Origin: a virus
Lineage: Duplodnaviria > Caudoviricetes
Length of the DNA stretch: 64,000 bases
Strand: one strand, 5' to 3'
IMG/VR virus record: IMGVR_UViG_3300027759_000044
Part shown: one piece after another, positions 1 to 7,798 of the stretch
Numbering within the stretch: position 1 is the first letter of the stretch
Layout of the letters: each line of letters begins with the position of its first letter
Translations under genes and position numbers: made by a program
The notes under the pieces: generated by a model
Told to the model about the DNA's origin: nothing
Databases searched by the model: none
The model's input: only the letters and a program-made list of their open reading frames with translations

Positions 1-2
1 CA

Positions 3-620
3 GTTGATGGAACTACTATAGCAGGCGAAGGTGGCTACACTATAACAACATACAACTCTGGTGGTAGCATGTCATGGGATCCCGCAGAAGGTGGAATATT
101 CCGCAAAACTGTACCTACTGGCACAGACTTCTTAACATTTGGACCAGATTACTCATCAACATCACAAGCTTATACTGTAATGATGGTCTACCGATCACAA
201 CCTAGTACGGCAGGTAGATTACTAAACGCTAATAGTGCCGCTCCTGATTGGTTATTAGGTTTATGGGATAGTCCTTCTTATGTTCAAAACGTTTTCTATA
301 ACGGCAGTACCTTTGTAGGTGCCACTAGTGCAGCTGACAATAACTGGCAATTTATATGGGCAACATACAACGGCAACTCTGGTTCACCGTTTTCGCAAAG
401 TTATGTTGCTAATTCAACAATTCCAACAACTACCGCTGGTACTGATACTTCGGGTAACGGTTTCCAAGGTTTAAGATTGTTTGGTAGATATGACAGCCCT
501 ACAGCTAGTTCAGAGAACCCAACTTCTGATGTAGGTTTAGTTAAGGTATGGAACAAGGTATTGACATTATCTCAGATACAAGCTCAATGGACTGCGTATA
601 AAACAAGATTTGGATATTAA
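3..620 (+). CDS. 5'-truncated structural protein with C-terminal LamG/concanavalin-like beta-sandwich
   Basis: Frame is open from window start (VDGTTIAGEGG...) through the listed 69..620 ORF; ends in a LamG-type motif (VGLVKVWNKVLTLSQIQAQW). Confidence 0.65.
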   Translation, partial: VDGTTIAGEGGYTITTYNSGGSMSWDPAEGGIFRKTVPTGTDFLTFGPDYSSTSQAYTVMMVYRSQPSTAGRLLNANSAAPDWLLGLWDSPSYVQNVFYNGSTFVGATSAADNNWQFIWATYNGNSGSPFSQSYVANSTIPTTTAGTDTSGNGFQGLRLFGRYDSPTASSENPTSDVGLVKVWNKVLTLSQIQAQWTAYKTRFGY

Positions 621-622
621 AT

Positions 623-1456
623 ATGAAGCAAGATCCACGCACAATCGTAAACACTGACGAGGATCATACCTTCAATCCACCTGCCAAGAAAAAAATCATA
701 CCTAGGACACTTGACACATTTTCATTAATATGGAAAGCTGATAAAGTAGATACTAGAGATTACAAATATCAACTGACTTCTATAACAAATCCTAACTATG
801 TTGATTTAAGAAGTTATTGTTCTAGTATTGAAAATCAAGGTACATTAGGTAGCTGTACTGGGCAATCGATTGCCGGTGCAATAGAATTATTAAACAAACG
901 TAACGGCAAACCAACTGATGTTAGTAGATTGTTTATATATTACTATGAACGATTAATAATGGGAACAGTTAACTATGATAGTGGGGCTTATATACGTGAT
1001 GGTATAAAAGCAACAAATCATTATGGCGTAAGTTTAGAAACTTATTGGCCATATAATATTAAAAAGTTCAAGCAAGAACCAATCAATGAAGCAAAGAGTG
1101 ACGCACAAAGACGTAAAGTAACACGATACGAAAGAGTAGCAGACTTCAATGGATGTATTGACGCATTAACAAACGGATATCCAGTTGTAATAGGCTTTCA
1201 TGTTTATCAAAGTTTTATGTCAAATACTGTTGCTAGAACAGGTAATATGCCTTATCCAAATAAAAAACGTGAAAGATTATTAGGCGGACATGCTGTATTA
1301 CTTGTTGGATATGACAAAACTAGAAAAGTGTTTATTGTCAGAAACAGTTGGGGAGAATCTTGGGGTGATAAAGGTTATTTCTATATGCCATTTGACGTAG
1401 TTAAACCCGATATGAGTAGCGATTATTGGATTATCAAATCAGTTAACAATCCGTAA
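623..1456 (+). CDS. Papain-family (C1A) cysteine peptidase
   Basis: Catalytic motifs NQGTLGSCTG (Gln/Cys), GGHAVLLVGY (His), RNSWGESWGDKGY (Asn). Confidence 0.93.
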   Translation: MKQDPRTIVNTDEDHTFNPPAKKKIIPRTLDTFSLIWKADKVDTRDYKYQLTSITNPNYVDLRSYCSSIENQGTLGSCTGQSIAGAIELLNKRNGKPTDVSRLFIYYYERLIMGTVNYDSGAYIRDGIKATNHYGVSLETYWPYNIKKFKQEPINEAKSDAQRRKVTRYERVADFNGCIDALTNGYPVVIGFHVYQSFMSNTVARTGNMPYPNKKRERLLGGHAVLLVGYDKTRKVFIVRNSWGESWGDKGYFYMPFDVVKPDMSSDYWIIKSVNNP

Positions 1457-1457
1457 A

Positions 1458-1477
1458 AAAAGCCCCTAGGGGCTTTT
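1458..1477. terminator. Bidirectional intrinsic terminator
   Basis: AAAAGCCC-CTAG-GGGCTTTT between convergent genes. Confidence 0.85.
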
Positions 1478-1716
1478 CTTATTTCATCTTTTCTAGCATA
1501 TAAGCAGTGAATTTGTTTTCACACATTGCTGGAATCTCAACAAATGGATCCTCAAGAAAGAACGGACAACCGGTTTTCCATTTACCATGTTTCTTAAAGA
1601 ATTTGAATTCTAGCAAATCTTTTCTATCTGCAGGATTAAATTCTCTACGAGGATTAAATGAGCGACGGAATGTAGATAGATTTAAGTTCATAGTATAAGG
1701 GCCTAAACCCTGTTGT

Positions 1717-2106
1717 TTAGAATGGTGCGTCTTCAACTGCCGCAAGAATATCTTCTGCGGACACTTTTGCTTTTTTAGCACGTGCTTTGATAGCATCAAT
1801 GCTTGGCTTTGTTTTAGAAGCTTTAACTTTAACTTCACCTTTACTTGCTTCTTTAGTTTTATCTTCAAGTGTATCAGCAATAGTTGCCTGATCACTTGCG
1901 CTAGAAAACTCAGATAGAGTAGCAAGATATTTTAATGCTTCTACTTTTGTCATTTCTGAAGGTAGCTCAACAAAGTCTACACGACTAGCACCACCTTTAG
2001 TGAACTGCTTGATACGACGGACCATGTCATCTGTGAAGCGAACTTTAGCGTTACCATTGTGAATAGTAATACCGGCGACTTTAAAAGTTTGATTAGAATT
2101 AGCCAT
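1717..2106 (-). CDS. Hypothetical early protein, basic C-terminus
   Basis: 129-aa ORF with SD (AAGGAAA), downstream of sigma70 promoter at 2171-2199. Confidence 0.75.
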   Translation of the reverse strand: MANSNQTFKVAGITIHNGNAKVRFTDDMVRRIKQFTKGGASRVDFVELPSEMTKVEALKYLATLSEFSSASDQATIADTLEDKTKEASKGEVKVKASKTKPSIDAIKARAKKAKVSAEDILAAVEDAPF

Positions 2107-2170
2107 TGTGTTTCCTTTAAATAAAAGCTAAGTTTAAAAAATGTGCCGATAACTTCTCAGCACTATTATA

Positions 2171-2199
2171 ATGATAACACAATAGCCATTTGTTGTCAA
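2171..2199 (-). promoter_or_regulatory. sigma70 early promoter
   Basis: TTGACA-17 nt-TATCAT on minus strand. Confidence 0.7.
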
Positions 2200-2223
2200 C
2201 CATTGTGTTACCCATTATTTGAT

Positions 2224-2637
2224 TTATTGAACAACGTAGGGGCTGTTCCATTTGCCAATGTTAACATCAACATAGTATGCCGTGTTAAAATAATCTGTCA
2301 TTGCGTCCGATTCGTCAAACCAATCGGCAGCTTTTAAGGCTTCGAGGGCCTCGGTCAAGAATTCCTTAGCAACACCATCATAGTGATCCTGGAACCAATA
2401 TTGATTTACCTGATCGTAACCAGTATCATTAGGTTTGAAACCACGTTGTACCTGATAAAAATCATTGCCACAAACCTTGTTGCTATTGCCAATGAAGTCA
2501 ATAGCACCCGATTTGAGGGTCAATACGATGGTCATATGATTACGAACTGACAAAGATCCTTTAACCTTGTACTTAGCCAAAATTGGCTTAAGTGCTTGAG
2601 TAATCTTTGCTTTACGTTCTTGATTCATGTAAGCCAT
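2224..2637 (-). CDS. Conserved phage hypothetical early protein
   Basis: 137-aa ORF, SD AAAGGA, own promoter; ends DYFNTAYYVDVNIGKW. Confidence 0.8.
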   Translation of the reverse strand: MAYMNQERKAKITQALKPILAKYKVKGSLSVRNHMTIVLTLKSGAIDFIGNSNKVCGNDFYQVQRGFKPNDTGYDQVNQYWFQDHYDGVAKEFLTEALEALKAADWFDESDAMTDYFNTAYYVDVNIGKWNSPYVVQ

Positions 2638-2670
2638 TTGTTAGTCCTTTGTTTAACTGTTTAAGATTCT

Positions 2671-2699
2671 ATTATAGCACCAAATCCATTTAATGTCAA
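2671..2699 (-). promoter_or_regulatory. sigma70 early promoter (perfect consensus)
   Basis: TTGACA-17 nt-TATAAT. Confidence 0.85.
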
Positions 2700-2700
2700 A

Positions 2701-2832
2701 TTATTGTTCCATTGGGTCACCAAGAAAATACTCGGTTACATAGGTGACAACAATATCTTTGCCAGAATGAATCTTTAAGTATTCACCTAGTGCTTCGACA
2801 CTTCTAAATAAATAACCATTTGCTTTGTACAT
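2701..2832 (-). CDS. Small hypothetical protein (43 aa, MYKANGYLF...)
   Basis: Start moved to 2832 because promoter at 2866-2894 lies inside the longer track ORF; SD AAGGA. Confidence 0.6.
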   Translation of the reverse strand: MYKANGYLFRSVEALGEYLKIHSGKDIVVTYVTEYFLGDPMEQ

Positions 2833-2865
2833 CTTGAAGTCCTTTATGTAACTGTCTAAGTATCT

Positions 2866-2894
2866 ATTGTAGCAGAAAGACCATTTAATGTCAA
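2866..2894 (-). promoter_or_regulatory. sigma70 early promoter
   Basis: TTGACA-17 nt-TACAAT. Confidence 0.75.
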
Positions 2895-2896
2895 AT

Positions 2897-3058
2897 TTAG
2901 GAGTTGACAGTTTTGAATGGGCTAAACACTTCCCTATTCTTAACGGAGTCGGACACGTCATAGACCCAGGTTACAGGGACTTCCAGTACAGCAGAGATAG
3001 TTGAAGGATGTGTACCTTTCTCCAACATTTCCATGATATCAATTTCTAAGTCACTCAT
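2897..3058 (-). CDS. Small hypothetical protein (53 aa, MSDLEIDIMEML...)
   Basis: Hand-translated ORF, start overlaps stop of upstream gene. Confidence 0.6.
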   Translation of the reverse strand: MSDLEIDIMEMLEKGTHPSTISAVLEVPVTWVYDVSDSVKNREVFSPFKTVNS

Positions 3059-3228
3059 TTTGCTTTCCTAATGTTAAATAATCCACCTAAAATCACTACA
3101 GCTAGCCAGGACTCTAGTGAGTACTTAATAGCTAGTGCCGGAAACAACACATTTAATGACCAAATAGTCAATAACGGGCCAATTGCTACGAGGGCAATGA
3201 CAATTACAATTCCAACAAAATAACTCAT
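3055..3228 (-). CDS. Small membrane protein (57 aa)
   Basis: Hand-translated MSYFVGIVIVIALVAIGPLLTIWSLNVLFP...; two hydrophobic stretches; overlapping start/stop with neighbours. Confidence 0.65.
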   Translation of the reverse strand: MSYFVGIVIVIALVAIGPLLTIWSLNVLFPALAIKYSLESWLAVVILGGLFNIRKAK

Positions 3229-3500
3229 AAAACCTCCAACATGCTAGCGGGCACTCTCCAACTACGGAACTGACCTGGTTGATCTACAATAATAAATTTA
3301 CGATTGATTTTCTTTACAACACCGGAGATTGTACCACGTGTTGAACTAGTGAATTTAACATTGGAACCGATTGTCAGTACCGATTTGTTTCGCACCACTA
3401 ATTGGGCACGTGCAAAACGAATAGCATCATTGATGCTGTTCAATTCTTCATTAGTAAAGTCACCCTGCATGATAGCTGTATTAATTTGCTTGATGTTCAT
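3225..3500 (-). CDS. Hypothetical protein, SH3/KOW-like C-terminal half
   Basis: 91 aa, strong SD AAGGAG, beta-rich C-terminus (GVVKKINRKFIIV...WRVP). Confidence 0.7.
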   Translation of the reverse strand: MNIKQINTAIMQGDFTNEELNSINDAIRFARAQLVVRNKSVLTIGSNVKFTSSTRGTISGVVKKINRKFIIVDQPGQFRSWRVPASMLEVL

Positions 3501-3529
3501 AAGAACTCCTTTTGACTGAATAAGACTCT

Positions 3530-3558
3530 ATTGTAGCACTAAAACCATTTGTTGTCAA
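3530..3558 (-). promoter_or_regulatory. sigma70 early promoter
   Basis: TTGACA-17 nt-TACAAT. Confidence 0.75.
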
Positions 3559-3713
3559 ATTTTGGTGCTGTTTGGATGTTTGGGTTTACGAACGTACATA
3601 CCTTTTTTAGATTGTACAACCTTAGGTTTGAACGGAGTGTTGCTAGAAAACAACACTTTGTGGGCCCGATGTTTGGGTTGTCCAACAATAAATGATAAGA
3701 TTTTTCGTTTCAT
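3555..3713 (-). CDS. Small basic protein resembling alternative ribosome-rescue factor ArfA
   Basis: 52 aa, not in ORF track: ...NTPFKPKVVQSKKGMYVRKPKHPN...; resembles ArfA core PLFRQRVEKxKKGKGSYxRKxKH; promoter at 3721-3750. Confidence 0.5.
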   Translation of the reverse strand: MKRKILSFIVGQPKHRAHKVLFSSNTPFKPKVVQSKKGMYVRKPKHPNSTKI

Positions 3714-3720
3714 AATACGT

Positions 3721-3750
3721 ATTATAGCATAGGAAACGTATTTATGTCAA
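3721..3750 (-). promoter_or_regulatory. sigma70 early promoter
   Basis: TTGACA-18 nt-TATAAT. Confidence 0.7.
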
Positions 3751-4124
3751 CTTTTGGCAGTTGAGTCTTGGTTCAAGCACCCAAATACAACGACGGGGAT
3801 AGTGCCAAAGGGTGGGGGTAGCAGTACCGTAATAGCAAACCAAGGATTGATTCCGGCATCATTACAACGCCTAATTGTGGTTGCGATCCATAACCAACAT
3901 GATAGTACACTACCCACACATAATATTGCTAGTGAAATAATCCAGCCAAGTAATCCTATTACTACAATAGTGAAGGGTAAACTTAGTACAAATATTATAA
4001 AAGCCAATGAACTAGTAAGACCCAGTAGAGCCCAACTAATTAAGTATACACCCCAATATTCACTACGTGAGGCTTGACCTTTAAAATCAAAGTATTTTTT
4101 ATATTGTTCTAATTTGTTTATCAC
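3747..4124 (-). CDS. DUF805-family membrane protein
   Basis: F-x-F-x-G-x-ASRSEYW N-terminus and IRRCNDAGI motif, TM helices. Confidence 0.85.
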   Translation of the reverse strand: MINKLEQYKKYFDFKGQASRSEYWGVYLISWALLGLTSSLAFIIFVLSLPFTIVVIGLLGWIISLAILCVGSVLSCWLWIATTIRRCNDAGINPWFAITVLLPPPFGTIPVVVFGCLNQDSTAKS

Positions 4125-4408
4125 ATTATCATCCTTATTAATCCCACACTATCAATTGTTACAAGTAGCAAGTAGTTAGCCAACATGCCAAAAGATTTCC
4201 TAGTAAAACTAGCCCAAGCATAGAGACCACAGCCGATGATCCAAATAGGGTACAAAGTAAGTAAAGGCGGATTGGGGACTGTAAGTGCCATGGTAATCGA
4301 ACAGCCAATTGAAATGCCCCAAGCAAGCAACTCAATGATAAACCTAAAAGGATGAGTACGGTAATCATCTTTGATCCAATTAAAAATTCCATAAAAAATA
4401 TCGTTCAT
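4121..4408 (-). CDS. Small membrane protein
   Basis: 95 aa, three hydrophobic helices. Confidence 0.75.
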   Translation of the reverse strand: MNDIFYGIFNWIKDDYRTHPFRFIIELLAWGISIGCSITMALTVPNPPLLTLYPIWIIGCGLYAWASFTRKSFGMLANYLLLVTIDSVGLIRMIM

Positions 4409-4453
4409 ACGTATATTCTAACATATTGAACGATATCATACAATACATTTTGG

Positions 4454-4753
4454 TTACTGAGTACAGGTGCGTTCTTTATAAATTTTGCCATCTAGACCTT
4501 GTATTTCTTTCCATTCTGTACATGTTATACTAGGAGGTACAGTTTGTTGTTGGATGACTACAGGAGGTTGTTGAACAATAACTTGTTGACGGCCCAATTC
4601 ATATCCAATTGCTCCTACAACTACCGGAGCTACCCACCAACCTACTCCTGGACCACGATAATGTCCATGATGACGAAATCCATGTCCGTGATGTTGTGCC
4701 ATTGCTGAACCAGTCAATGCTAAAAGTGATAATGCTACTAGAATCTTTTTCAT
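4454..4753 (-). CDS. Secreted/membrane His-Gly and PXPV-like protein
   Basis: Signal peptide MKKILVALSLLALTGSAMA, HG-rich segment, VIVQQPPVVIQQ. Confidence 0.75.
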   Translation of the reverse strand: MKKILVALSLLALTGSAMAQHHGHGFRHHGHYRGPGVGWWVAPVVVGAIGYELGRQQVIVQQPPVVIQQQTVPPSITCTEWKEIQGLDGKIYKERTCTQ

Positions 4754-4780
4754 AACTATCTCCTATACATATATAACGTA

Positions 4781-4945
4781 TTAGGCAATTGTTCCGTTGA
4801 CACGATGTTTGTCCACTACTTCCTGCAAAATACTCTCTATCATCTTATTTAGCGTAATATCACGTTTATGCGCTTCCATAGCTAACTGGTATATCTCATG
4901 TTCATTTAAATCTAATTCAACTTCCACACGATTATCATTTTCCAT
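4781..4945 (-). CDS. Small protein, possible ribbon-helix-helix type (54 aa)
   Basis: Hand-translated MENDNRVEVELDLNEHEIYQLAMEAHKRDITLNKMIESIL...; SD GGAG. Confidence 0.6.
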   Translation of the reverse strand: MENDNRVEVELDLNEHEIYQLAMEAHKRDITLNKMIESILQEVVDKHRVNGTIA

Positions 4946-5138
4946 TTTTCTCTCCATAGTGTTTTAATAGTGGTTCAATGTTATTCTCATAAATTTGAGC
5001 CATTGTGTTGTATAATCCCTTACGTTCTTCTAGTGTCATTCCCGCACACCATGAAGGGTCTGTTGGATCTTTATCTAATCCATAATCCTGTCGATATGTA
5101 TAACACATATCAGTTATGATTTGTTCTTTATTTTTCAT
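4935..5138 (-). CDS. Hypothetical protein
   Basis: 67-aa ORF in tightly packed operon. Confidence 0.65.
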   Translation of the reverse strand: MKNKEQIITDMCYTYRQDYGLDKDPTDPSWCAGMTLEERKGLYNTMAQIYENNIEPLLKHYGEKNGK

Positions 5139-5250
5139 ATTCTTCTATTCTATACTTACTGAAGGGGTAATTTTCATGTAACCATTCAATCATACCTTCT
5201 TCATAAGGAAGAAAAACTGTACGAGCCTTGTTAGTTATATAAAGTATCAT
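5128..5250 (-). CDS. Small hypothetical protein (40 aa)
   Basis: Hand-translated MILYITNKARTVFLPYEEGMIEWL...; fills operon gap with overlaps. Confidence 0.5.
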   Translation of the reverse strand: MILYITNKARTVFLPYEEGMIEWLHENYPFSKYRIEEYEK

Positions 5251-5483
5251 TTTATTTTAAGATTCATTTTTTTCAAAATAGTTTCTTCATGGGTACCGCC
5301 ACCTTGTTTGTACACATTGTTAACTTCTTTGGCACATTCACGCACAACCAATTCATAAAACTTTTCTAGTTCTTTATCATACGGGCCGGCCCAATCAATC
5401 TTGCCTGCACCTGGCCCCCATGATTCATTGGCCCAAGTAACAAAGCCAGCCTCTTTGGCAATATCTTTAATCTTTTTATTCAT
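5247..5483 (-). CDS. Hypothetical protein (MNxxIxxLA...EKFxELxVxEC paralogue 1)
   Basis: Shares motifs with 6043..6255 and 6252..6455. Confidence 0.7.
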   Translation of the reverse strand: MNKKIKDIAKEAGFVTWANESWGPGAGKIDWAGPYDKELEKFYELVVRECAKEVNNVYKQGGGTHEETILKKMNLKIK

Positions 5484-5508
5484 TGTTCAGCCCCCAATAA
5501 TATATTAC

Positions 5509-5817
5509 TTATGCCGTAAACCAATCAGCATCATCTTTCAATTCTATAGATTCGTCACCGTCATATTCGTTTACTCTGAACATTGCACCTTCAGGTATCC
5601 ATGCTACTTTCAATTCCCACATACCACCTTCGTATATGTTAGGATACTTTAGTGTAACATATGTTTTCAACTCATCGAATTTTTCTTCCTCTACTAACTG
5701 AACGATAGCAGGGTCAAATAATAATTCAGGATGATTGGTATTCCATGTATACCATCCTGATCCATAATCAGGGCTATACAATACAGCAACTTTTCCATAT
5801 CTAACTAATTTGTTCAT
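5509..5817 (-). CDS. Conserved phage hypothetical protein
   Basis: 102 aa; KVAVLYSPDYGSGW...EYDGDESI pattern. Confidence 0.75.
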   Translation of the reverse strand: MNKLVRYGKVAVLYSPDYGSGWYTWNTNHPELLFDPAIVQLVEEEKFDELKTYVTLKYPNIYEGGMWELKVAWIPEGAMFRVNEYDGDESIELKDDADWFTA

Positions 5818-5818
5818 A

Positions 5819-6046
5819 TTATCTCCAAGCGTTAACTAAACCAATTAAACAAGTAACTATTGCTACCACATTCACTACCAATTGCGGGTTATTCTTTACA
5901 CGTATGGTCCATGTCAAAAACATAATTGTACCCAATGTAAATGCTACAATATTGTAGGGATAAACACTAGGTCCAATAGAGTTACAGATATGGCCAACAA
6001 TAATGAATACTGCTCCAATCCATTGTAGGATATCGTTTAATTTCAT
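5819..6046 (-). CDS. Small membrane protein (75 aa, MKLNDILQWIG...)
   Basis: Three hydrophobic helices; start reassigned to 6046, overlapping upstream stop, SD GGAG. Confidence 0.7.
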   Translation of the reverse strand: MKLNDILQWIGAVFIIVGHICNSIGPSVYPYNIVAFTLGTIMFLTWTIRVKNNPQLVVNVVAIVTCLIGLVNAWR

Positions 6047-6255
6047 TCCACTCCAAAATGTTCTGACAACCATTGTCTTGCGTGAAAACGTGCTATCAAT
6101 TGATGCCCGCCTGGATCTAAAACTTGTATGCATTCCTTAACAATCAATTCGGCAAACTTTTCAATAGCCTGTTTATCATAGTCATCCATTTCATCCCAGC
6201 ATCCTTGTGCGGTTAGTCCTGAATGATACATCAAATCTTCAATTCTTTTGTTCAT
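6043..6255 (-). CDS. Hypothetical protein (paralogue 2)
   Basis: MNKRIEDLM...EKFAELIVKECI...HFGVE. Confidence 0.75.
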   Translation of the reverse strand: MNKRIEDLMYHSGLTAQGCWDEMDDYDKQAIEKFAELIVKECIQVLDPGGHQLIARFHARQWLSEHFGVE

Positions 6256-6455
6256 TCTTCAACTCCAAAATGTATCTTTGTATTCCAAATAGCATCACTA
6301 AGACGCAACTTGGATTGATTGGCATCCTGCATTATCGTCAAACATTCCTTGACAATCAATTCGGCAAACTTTTCCATATTACTAGGTAGTCCTATTTCCA
6401 AATAGTCTTTTGAGTAACCGGCCTGTTCAGCAAGTTCTTTAATTCTTTCGTTCAT
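6252..6455 (-). CDS. Hypothetical protein (paralogue 3)
   Basis: MNERIKELA...EKFAELIVKECL...HFGVEE. Confidence 0.75.
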   Translation of the reverse strand: MNERIKELAEQAGYSKDYLEIGLPSNMEKFAELIVKECLTIMQDANQSKLRLSDAIWNTKIHFGVEE

Positions 6456-6793
6456 TACTTTACTCCAAATGTGTTAAGTGCTGGTTGCAATGTGTTAATC
6501 AATTCTGTCTCACGGGCATGAGCAGGACGCTTACCACGCACAACTTCTAATGTCCCAAATATAAAACGCTCGGCTCCTCGCTCACGTAAGGCACGTGACA
6601 GACCCCAATTTTTGTTTTCTGTCATAGCCCGTTGCATATGTTTTTGCATACGACGGACTAGTGTTCTACGAACATTGCCATTAAAACAAAGGGCAGTCAA
6701 ACCAACATAGTATTCCTGTGTTACTGTATCTTGGATATAGTATATCACTTGATTACGATCTGTTCTACGTTTACGGGTGATTTTCGAGTTCAT
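6455..6793 (-). CDS. GIY-YIG-like nuclease-domain protein
   Basis: VIYYI...EYYVGLT motif, R..H and RE..LI..L.P.LN features; start at MNSKIT because promoter at 6800-6828 lies in the longer ORF. Confidence 0.65.
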   Translation of the reverse strand: MNSKITRKRRTDRNQVIYYIQDTVTQEYYVGLTALCFNGNVRRTLVRRMQKHMQRAMTENKNWGLSRALRERGAERFIFGTLEVVRGKRPAHARETELINTLQPALNTFGVK

Positions 6794-6799
6794 GTTAGT

Positions 6800-6828
6800 A
6801 TTGTACATGAAAGCCCATTTATTGTCAA
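6800..6828 (-). promoter_or_regulatory. sigma70 early promoter
   Basis: TTGACA-17 nt-TACAAT. Confidence 0.75.
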
Positions 6829-6947
6829 ATATTGGCAAAAACCGCTAGAAGTGTATCAGAGTGTATTCCTGAATCCTCTAGCGATTTTGAAGCCCCTGAG
6901 GGGGCTAAATGAGTACTTTTGTTTGTTAAAAATGTAATACTTAAGTA

Positions 6948-7241
6948 TTAGTGAATTACTTGTCCTACACTTGTATTAATCCAAGTCTTAATTTCTTTAC
7001 GCAATTCTTTTTCTGTATATCCCATTTCTCCTAAACGGGATACTAATGAAATGAATAATCCATGACTGGCGATACCATATATATAAGTATCATCATCATT
7101 ATCAAGTTCAAATTTATCTAATTGTTCCAATAATACATCATTAATAAATTCCGATGCAATAATGGCGCTATGTTCAAATTGCCACATTTCCGGATCTTCA
7201 TCTTCTACTTCTTTAACTATTAATAGATTCTCTTTGCTCAT
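6948..7241 (-). CDS. Acidic hypothetical protein
   Basis: 97-aa ORF. Confidence 0.7.
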   Translation of the reverse strand: MSKENLLIVKEVEDEDPEMWQFEHSAIIASEFINDVLLEQLDKFELDNDDDTYIYGIASHGLFISLVSRLGEMGYTEKELRKEIKTWINTSVGQVIH

Positions 7242-7710
7242 TATTATTCTCCGAGTTATCTGTATTTACTATCGGTGTATATTCATAATTAATTGTTTCT
7301 ATATTCTCTCTAAAAACAATAGCTCCATTACGTAAATGAAATCTCCTAGCCATATTAGTTTTAGGACTTAATGTGACAAATCTATTAACACTAGGATATT
7401 GTTCCTGAATACCCTTAACTGCTCTATATAATAATTCAGCACCTTTTCCGGCTTTATAACTCCATATTGTATAAAATACTGCGGTAGTCGGTACTTGTGT
7501 AGTATTATCTAAATCTTTTACATTTTCTGGAATAAAATCATGGAAACTAACACATACCATTGCATCTGGATTATCTGCTGATTCATCAGTTAATGCGGCA
7601 ACTAATCGTCCATTACTAACTCTAAAATCGGCTGAGATTTCAGGTCTTACTGGATCGTCTTTAATAAATTCTAAAAGTTTGTGTGTGATATCTTTAATGA
7701 AGTGTAGCAT
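7213..7710 (-). CDS. GNAT-fold protein resembling malonyl-CoA decarboxylase C-terminal domain
   Basis: TAVFYTIWSY...GAELL...YPSVNRFVTLSP parallels MCD AxFYSIS...GxFLIK...P...FxTLSP. Confidence 0.5.
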   Translation of the reverse strand: MLHFIKDITHKLLEFIKDDPVRPEISADFRVSNGRLVAALTDESADNPDAMVCVSFHDFIPENVKDLDNTTQVPTTAVFYTIWSYKAGKGAELLYRAVKGIQEQYPSVNRFVTLSPKTNMARRFHLRNGAIVFRENIETINYEYTPIVNTDNSENNNEQRESINS

Positions 7711-7787
7711 TTTAGCCTCGGAGTAGTGTTATTCGTATTTAGCATAAATTTAAAATATGCTATTATTTAGCGACATTTTTTAGCCAC

Positions 7788-7793
7788 TAAATA
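7788..7793 (+). promoter_or_regulatory. T4-like late promoter core TAAATA
   Basis: 5 nt before ATG 7799; same spacing recurs at other genes. Confidence 0.6.
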
Positions 7794-7798
7794 TTATC

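Noticed and set aside
1479-1925. 148-aa minus ORF overlapping 1717..2106
   Set aside because: Its 5' half is an alternative frame of the upstream gene; only the C-terminal part (from MNLNLSTF, about 1691) is plausibly a real small gene.
6455-6793. Mobile homing endonuclease
   Set aside because: Short catalytic-like domain only, no DNA-binding extension or intron context; the HNH at 17807 also shows no mobility evidence.
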